Shown: one piece after another, positions 43,895 to 50,033 of the stretch
Numbering within the stretch: the first letter of the stretch is position 1
Layout: each line of letters begins with the position of its first letter
Assembly: GCA_977030845.1 (NCBI GenBank)
Contig: OZ365112.1
Span: forward strand, 6,572,001 to 6,636,000
DNA from: Fimbriosthenelais zetlandica
Taxonomy: Eukaryota
Reading direction: 5' to 3'
Length of the DNA stretch: 64,000 bases
The notes under the pieces: generated by a model
The model's database searches: none
The model's input: the letters and a program-made list of their open reading frames with translations, nothing else
What the model was told of the DNA's origin: nothing
Translations under genes and position numbers: made by a program

Positions 43895-45246
43895 TAGAGT
43901 GAAATCCGGCCTTGAAATTTCATATCTAGATTTGATGGGCCTATATATAGAGTATAGAAAAGCATCAATGTCATCACATGACTGCCAACCCTGACCTTAA
44001 AATGTATGAGGGTGATCATGTGACGTGATTGATCATGTGACTGCTTATCATGTGTAGATAGGAATCTCTTATCTTGTCAGCATATCCTAGCGGTGGTTCC
44101 AGGAACCACTGGCTGCATGGCAACATACAAAGCCCGTACATTACCCAGGCCAATGGGGAGCATGGCCGAGTACTGGCCCCCGCCCACCCTACTTAGTCAA
44201 GATTAATGCATCTTTAAATGACCGAATGAGGGCAATGACCGATTATGCAACACTTGTCCCTGTCATATAATGGAGATGCATTACAATTATTCAGGATATA
44301 ATTATCAATATGGATTGAGAACTTTAGATTTAAAGCATCATAACTATATGCAATAAGTGATATTAGACATGTCCATTTATCAATACAGGACTGTAGATTT
44401 AAAACAATTCATTTTAATATCTTATGTGACAGGTATTAGGTGAATATTATCACAACAAGAGCCTGTACCGTACGACAAACGTTCAGCAATGGAGCCAATA
44501 TATGACGGGGTGAGTGAATACAAGCAATGACCCAGTATGATAGATTAACATTCTGCTCCTCCACCCACAAATGGTGATAGATTCTCCAATAACATCCAAA
44601 CAGGAACACGCCCTATCGCGACTCACCGGGACAAGATGCGAGTCAGGCAGGAGAAATGAAGAAGGCCTGGCTCCAAGCCATTGTATCACTACATTTATAT
44701 TCACTTTACGGGTCAAGAGTAGATCATATACTCTACTGCTACCTTCTATTTTATTCTCCCCTGGTCATTATACTGACTGCAATTGGTATTAAGCCTACCT
44801 GTGTTGCTTTCAATGAATTGCAACCAGAGTATTGGAAAGGAAGGCAAAATTCTTATTCCATTAATTTTAATTTAAGACTGCTGGGAAATGAAAGCCTTTC
44901 TCCTATATAATGTGGAGAGAGGTGTCAAGATAGATTATAATTCAGAACAGTAATCTGAATAACATATGAGGATAAGTAAGTGAATAACAAGTCAACAGTA
45001 TCCATTCATACTAAGTTGCATATATACATTGTAAATGTAGGCCTACGTTACAAGGATAGACTTGTCAACATGTGGCATTCAACACTAATTAATATAAAAA
45101 AAATATTATAAATACAAATTAATAATTTCATCATAATTAACCAATATTAAAGCTGTTGGAAAATTGTGGAGGCAATCTATTGAAATAGCCCTAAGCTTAT
45201 AATAAAAAACGTGAGGTATTTTGTAAGGCAATGTATATGAGGCACC

Positions 45247-45502
45247 TTATATGGAGGGCGGACTTATTGAAGGTAAGACAGGTCGGGTGTTTTTCTCCCA
45301 TTTATAACGGGCGGATGGCGGAGCCGTTCCGTTGACCTTTTTCTGCATCCTGGGAGCCTCACCTCTGACCACATCCATTAGATGGCCAGCCAGAATGTCA
45401 CTTTCCTTGTGACCACCCAATATCTTAGCAACGCTTGCTTGCTTATTTAATGCACGAAGACGACCATAAGACAAGTGGAATAAGGGGCCAGATAAAAATA
45501 AT
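45247..45502 (-). CDS. Possible second/terminal coding exon of the unidentified - strand gene
   Basis: GC-richer island between AT-rich flanks. Open frame (track ORF 45247..45474, extendable to a tgactttctaag acceptor at 45503) is phase-compatible with the phase-2 donor at 47410. No recognisable homology. Confidence 0.25.
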
Positions 45503-46283
45503 CTTAGAAAGTCATAGGGCTATATATAGTTATGCATTTTTAAAATCCACCATAGGTTGCCTACATTTGATATTTGTCCCAGATATTAACCCGGAAATTT
45601 AAGAACATGTGAACATAGAACAGCTATGTAGGTAGAAGTTTGAACATATTAAAAATGAAGTGATATTATCGTATATCTCTAAAGGGTAGGCCTAAAGGCT
45701 AAACAATCTTGTATGTAGGCCTACCGGTAGTTCAATATATAAACCTAGCCTATACCAAAACATCTATGGAAGTGAACATTAAACAATTCCTCACATACTA
45801 GGCTACGCAGGTTTTGGTTGATTAAGCCCTAATACAGTGAGTATATTCTAAGTGAAAAATAAGGTATACAAGTCACATATCATAATTATAAAATGTTAAA
45901 ATTTACTTACAGACAGAGATGACCATGCTCTAAGTACTCTCCATGTCCACGTACCACGATACAGATCAAACTTCTGCTTGTTGACTGCTTGTATTGGTTT
46001 CAAGAAATGCTACGCAATTAGAAGCCCATTCAAACAGGAATGCAGCAAGTGTCGCATAGCAGGCCTAGTCAGACGAAAATAGCACAGGCAATCAAATGAA
46101 ACAAGCGTTCACATTTTATACATATCAACTTGATCCTCCCAGTTGTAGGCGGCTAGGCCTGCTGCAGGCCCTACTTCACATCCAACTGAAATTATCATTT
46201 AGCCTACACTTTTTCCAACAATTTAAAACCAAACACCAAACACAATCTATAGTTTAGGAATGCATCCCTATCTCTCCTACTCC

Positions 46284-46299
46284 CTACCAGGTGGCAGCA
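46284..46299 (+). promoter_or_regulatory. CTCF-like motif (forward)
   Basis: CTACCAGGTGGCAGCA matches 15/16 positions of the CTCF core consensus CCASYAGRKGGCRSYA. Confidence 0.5.
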
Positions 46300-46552
46300 G
46301 TGGCGCCCTCGGTGCTTCCCTCCACTAACCACTGTCCGACCAAGGCCAGGGTCCAGCCAGTTGTACGCGTCTAGGCCTAGGCCTACCTGGTATTAGGTCT
46401 AATTTTTAAGGGACCTCACCCGCCTGACTGCTATTAAATATAGGCCTAATCTGCATTAGGCTTATTATTTTTTTCCTGAACATAGAATGTGACCCAAGGA
46501 GACTTTTCAGCATTTGGCCTACAATAATTATGTCTAGGCCTACAATGCCACT

Positions 46553-46564
46553 CCCCCCCCCCCC
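46553..46564 (+). repeat. poly-C homopolymer (C12)
   Basis: Read directly. Confidence 0.95.
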
Positions 46565-46917
46565 TCTCCTCTGTCCCCAATAAAAGTCTCATGATGGTTA
46601 TAAATTCGAGTAATAGGCCTAAAGGTAGGCCTACCAGATTCAGAGATCCCATTTCACTGGAGCAGGGAGCTTCAACTTTAATACCTAGGCTTAGGCCTAT
46701 TTATCCTATAGGCCTACGGTACCTCAAATAATTATTGTTTCATAATAAAATAACTTACCTTAGGCCTACTGATAGTAGGCCTAGGCCCTAATTCATGCAG
46801 GCTTTAGGTAGATGCAGAAAAATTGACTTCCTATCTGGTTCATCAGATGAAGTGCAAAACGGAATTCGCATGGAGTTAGACGGGAAAACGAACGTGAGGC
46901 TTGAAACAGGGCAAAAA

Positions 46918-46985
46918 TACTTTCGTGGCATGAGAAAGTAGGCCTACTTTCGTGGCAGGCGAAAGTAGGCCTACTTTCGTGGCAG
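46918..46985. repeat. 27-bp tandem repeat (2.5 copies) built from nested palindromes
   Basis: Unit TACTTTCGTGGCAnnnGAAAGTAGGCC at 46918, 46945 and 46972 (partial). Perfect palindromes at 46934-46951 (18 bp) and 46960-46979 (20 bp). Confidence 0.95.
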
Positions 46986-47410
46986 TTGAAACACGAGAGA
47001 ACAAAATCGGAGATGGTAGGCGTCGGCCACCAGATGTGAAAACATGGTCTCTAGAGGCCTATAGGCCTATACCTTTTAGGCCTAGGCCTATCTAGAGAGA
47101 ATGTGGGGGTGGAGTAGGCCTATATATAATGTAGGCCTAGGCTTAATACCATAGACTAATAGGGGGACCAGGAGGCCAGAGATTTACTAATAGGCCTATA
47201 ATCTTTGATCACAAATTGAACTGTTGACACAGAGTTCAAGAAGGGTCACGTGCGACTTGAATCACGAAAGACGCCGAATCTTTCATTTCACGCGTTCTTT
47301 ACGGACATTTACGCATATTTCATGAACCTAATATGTACGCCTACATTTTTAGATGTCAAATGTCTTGTTTCATGAAAGGTAAGATAAGAAAATGAATGTT
47401 TTAGTCCTAC

Positions 47411-47454
47411 CTCCATCCTTTCTCGCACACGTGGCGCCTCCGAGCTTCCGCCAT
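47411..47454 (-). CDS. First coding exon of an unidentified divergent gene (MAEARRRHVCEKGW, phase 2)
   Basis: Strong Kozak context agcatcATGG with an ATGGCG start, 14 open GC-rich codons, AG|gtagga donor and an intron-like sequence after it; lies in the CpG-rich promoter zone. Product not recognised. Confidence 0.55.
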
Positions 47455-47670
47455 GATGCTTTGCAAATCTGCTACAGCCCTCTGGTGGATTTTTCCGGAA
47501 GCGCTAGTTCTACCCGTTGCAACGGGACGGTTTGAATGTTTTGCTGTTTTTCCCGTCAACTTCTTCTGGTCCATGCTGGTTGGCAGATGGATTTTGCTAT
47601 TGGAACCATCGATGAATGGCTTTTAGGATTTAATGTGACGTTAACAATACATCTAGTGACGCTGGTGTGA
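47455..47670. promoter_or_regulatory. Putative bidirectional promoter / 5' UTR zone (216 bp between start codons)
   Basis: CpG-rich, with ETS core TTCCGGAAG at 47493-47501, between oppositely oriented first exons. GTCACGTG E-boxes flank it at 47245-47252 and 47793-47800. Exact TSSs are unknown. Confidence 0.6.
47473..47488 (-). promoter_or_regulatory. CTCF-like motif (reverse)
   Basis: The reverse complement CCACCAGAGGGCTGTA matches the CTCF core consensus at 15/16 positions. Confidence 0.5.
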
Positions 47671-47698
47671 ATGGCTGGTGATCCAAGAACATACAGAG
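47671..47698 (+). CDS. MPV17L: Mpv17-like protein, exon 1 (3' end; optional N-terminal extension MAGDPRTYR)
   Basis: GAG|gtgagt donor at 47698/47699. The ATG at 47671, preceded by an in-frame TGA, splices in frame (G|AT CAA ATG) to the main ORF. Whether it is used as the start is uncertain. Confidence 0.55.
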
Positions 47699-48293
47699 GT
47701 GAGTTTCTCGGTGTGGTTTTGTGAATTTATCTTGTTTGAGGGCCCAGTTCTTGGGAGGTGATGCGCCGGCTGCCACAATAGTCAATACACATGTCACGTG
47801 AACGGCATTCCAGCCTAGGCTCCCAAACATTTAATTAATTAACAGAAATGAATCCCTCCTGAAATGTATTCCAGTGTCATTTCAATAAGCCTAGCACTAT
47901 GCAAATGCTATAAAGGTTTCCATAAGTCCATTTAAACTTATGTATTGTAACATTTAATTAAATAATGAAAATTCATCAATTGTATTAATTTCTAGGTACC
48001 GGTAAATCAAAACATAGGTCTAGGCCTATTCTCAGTCTAATGAGTAATGTAGATCTGTGTTAGGCCTAATTAATTCATGTTGATAAGCCTATTATAGAGC
48101 ATACAATTGTCAATGCCTGGTAGGCAATTTTCCTGTAATCTAAAATCAAACATTAGGCCTATGGAGTTTTATTGTAAATTTATAGTGGAGGCTCTGGAGC
48201 TAGTCCTATTCCTATTGAATATCATTCAATGGTATCTATGTACCAATCATTGTAAGATTCCTGTTTATAATGTTATATTAATCATAAATTTAG

Positions 48294-48617
48294 ATCAAAT
48301 GGCAGCAGCTCTACTGAACCGGCTGGGGAGAGTGTATGTGAGGAATCCGTTGCTGTGTAACGTGGGATTGTATGGATCCCTGTACGGCCTGGGGGATGTG
48401 AGCCAGCAGGCCATCTGTGGCAAGAACAAGAACATTGATCTGCACAGCGCCGCCAGGGTGTCAACCGTGGGCGCATCCGTGTTCGGCCCCTTCTATTACT
48501 TCTGGTACCGAGTCCTGGAGAGGCATATTCCAGGAAGGACCACTCGAAACATCGTGAAAAAAGTGGTGATGGACCAAGCAATAGCAGGGTCTGGAGGGGT
48601 CTTCTTATTTTTCGTAG
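48294..48617 (+). CDS. MPV17L: Mpv17-like protein (Mpv17/PMP22 family), exon 2
   Basis: Encodes MAAALLNRLG...NVGLYGSLYGLGDVSQQ...FGPFYYFWYRVLERHIPGR...KKVVMDQAI...FLFFV, with Mpv17/PMP22 motifs (GD..QQ, WY..LER..PG, K...DQ). NVxLYGSL and LERxxPGR resemble MPV17L. tttag acceptor at 48293 and AG|gtaaga donor at 48617. Confidence 0.92.
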
Positions 48618-48822
48618 GTAAGAAAATTTTAATTTTATATTATACAATAACCATGTGAGGTAGAAGTAAATATTATCATCAATATGGTGCTCTTCATATA
48701 GCCTAATATTCCGGTAATAATGTTATTTTTATTGTAATTATTTTCTAACCTCAAAGGTATTCAAATGTTTTCCCAATGAGTTTATATGAGGTTGATATAT
48801 CATATATATTTCTCTTTTCCAG

Positions 48823-48893
48823 CAACTAGCACTTTAGAGGGGGCTGATAATATATTTGATGATGCGATAGTTAAAGGCCCAAAGGCATTTATG
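48823..48893 (+). CDS. MPV17L: Mpv17-like protein, exon 3 (71 nt, ATSTLEGADNIFDDAIVKGPKAFM)
   Basis: tttctcttttccag acceptor and ATG|gtgagt donor; phase 1 in and phase 0 out keeps the frame; aligns by eye to the S.L.G.D.IF.D..K segment of MPV17L. Confidence 0.92.
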
Positions 48894-49064
48894 GTGAGTG
48901 TCTTATTAATTTTTGCATTTTTGAAATTTTTCAATAAAATATATTTCCATATTACCACATTGCCGTAAATAAACTTAATGCTAAATAATATCCATATTGA
49001 TACCATTATTTATCTGGAACATTTCTCTCTGAGTTATTTTAAAAGACAAAGTTTGAATTTTCAG

Positions 49065-49208
49065 ACTGGATGTGTGTACTGGCCCATGGTTCAGATGATG
49101 AACTTTGCCTTCGTCCCGCCGGCCTACCGGGCTGTCTATGTCGCTGGTGCCGCCTTTGTATGGACCAATATTCTATGCTACATCAAATTTTCAAAATTAA
49201 GTAAGTAA
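49065..49208 (+). CDS. MPV17L: Mpv17-like protein, exon 4 (TGCVYWPMVQMMNFAFVPPAYRAVYV...; spliced at 49200 or stopping at 49208)
   Basis: ttttcag acceptor and the family motif YWP.VQ..NF.FVP...R. A gtaagt donor at 49201 overlaps the read-through ending SK-stop. Protein is 176-177 aa from the ATG at 48299, typical of the family. Confidence 0.92.
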   Translation, partial: TGCVYWPMVQMMNFAFVPPAYRAVYVAGAAFVWTNILCYIKFSKLSK

Positions 49209-49614
49209 CCCTTTACTTCAATTACTTATAGTTTAAGTTCTTGCATGTTTGTCTGACTAATCAAGGTTTGCTCTCAGTTGTGTATTGTCATATCTACCTC
49301 ATGATATATGTTTGTATTTGGTATGATATGTGGTTATTGCTTTATGTTCATTTATTTACATTTTAGTTCATGTTTTGATGTATATATGGTATGTAGTGGA
49401 TTTTGTTCTAGTTTTCTCATCCGGTTTTGCTTATTAATTTTTGCTGGTTTGTAGAAGTCCGTTGAAGGTAGTTTTATTAGTCGCTTGTGTAGTTACTGTA
49501 GTTTGTGTTGTCGCTTGTCCTTTGGTTTTGTAGTTCCTGACAGAGATAACCCCCCCTCTGATCAATGCGTGCATTCCTTTTTCTTTCACTAATAATTATA
49601 ACCTTTTGCTGTAG

Positions 49615-49619
49615 CTTGA
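49615..49619 (+). CDS. MPV17L: Mpv17-like protein, candidate last exon A (adds T then stop)
   Basis: Branch point CACTAAT at 49587-49593, pyrimidine tract, and ccttttgctgtag acceptor at 49614; A|CT TGA; AATAAA at 49788. Confidence 0.55.
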
Positions 49620-49787
49620 TTCTAATCAGAGTGAAGTGTGAAGTGTCTTGTGGGATGTTAGTGTGATTTTCTGCATCTATTTTCCCTCCTGGAGTAGATA
49701 GACCTCAATAGATGTTTGATTAGCGTTATTTCCTATCACTAATAATCTATCAGTTAAAGATATAAATTACGTAAAATATATTTCAGC

Positions 49788-49793
49788 AATAAA
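49788..49793 (+). terminator. Candidate polyadenylation signal (last exon A)
   Basis: AATAAA about 170 nt after the stop at 49619; could be chance in AT-rich DNA. Confidence 0.3.
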
Positions 49794-49954
49794 TGATATG
49801 TATAATCATGATCTGAATGATTAGTCGATAATACGAAAGTATTAGGTATTAAACTTCTAGAATAATTTATACCATTTGAATAATACCGATAAATTATACC
49901 TTACAACAAGGATTTTGTGATATAGTCAGTAAGAAAAATATAAATTTATTTCAG

Positions 49955-49971
49955 ACACCGTCCCCGTTTGA
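49955..49971 (+). CDS. MPV17L: Mpv17-like protein, candidate alternative last exon B (adds NTVPV then stop)
   Basis: aaatttatttcag acceptor at 49954, short open frame in phase 1, AATAAA at 50028 followed by T/GT-rich sequence. Confidence 0.35.
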
Positions 49972-50027
49972 TGATCACCAGAGTTGATTATCATTAGGAC
50001 CTGTGTGTATGTGCGAGCCCCGTGAGA

Positions 50028-50033
50028 AATAAA
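50028..50033 (+). terminator. Candidate polyadenylation signal (last exon B)
   Basis: AATAAA followed within about 10 nt by ttgactttgtt. Confidence 0.3.

Larger units (their letters stand above)
45038..48161. repeat. Dense cluster of the palindromic octamer TAGGCCTA (24 copies counted)
   Basis: Copies at 45038, 45687, 45716, 46372, 46378, 46441, 46535, 46614, 46626, 46692, 46709, 46761, 46776, 46939, 46966, 47062, 47077, 47083, 47115, 47132, 47191, 48021, 48061 and 48154. Confidence 0.95.

Noticed and set aside
46686-47145. TTAGGC/TAGGCC hexamers as an interstitial telomeric repeat
   Set aside because: Never more than about 2.5 tandem units, and the motif is palindromic rather than strand-biased; no TTAGGG array.
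48107-48293. 64-codon upstream extension of the track ORF 48107..48658
   Set aside because: Lies in intron 1 (AT-rich, contains TAGGCCTA, ends at the acceptor 48293), starts at TTG and has no family similarity; read as a chance open frame.
48282-48647. 121-aa antisense ORF over MPV17L exon 2
   Set aside because: Explained as the shadow of a GC-rich coding exon; no recognisable protein features.
49189-49208. SKL tripeptide near the MPV17L C-terminus as a peroxisomal PTS1
   Set aside because: In all three predicted endings SKL is followed by more residues, and PTS1 must be terminal and applies to matrix rather than membrane proteins.
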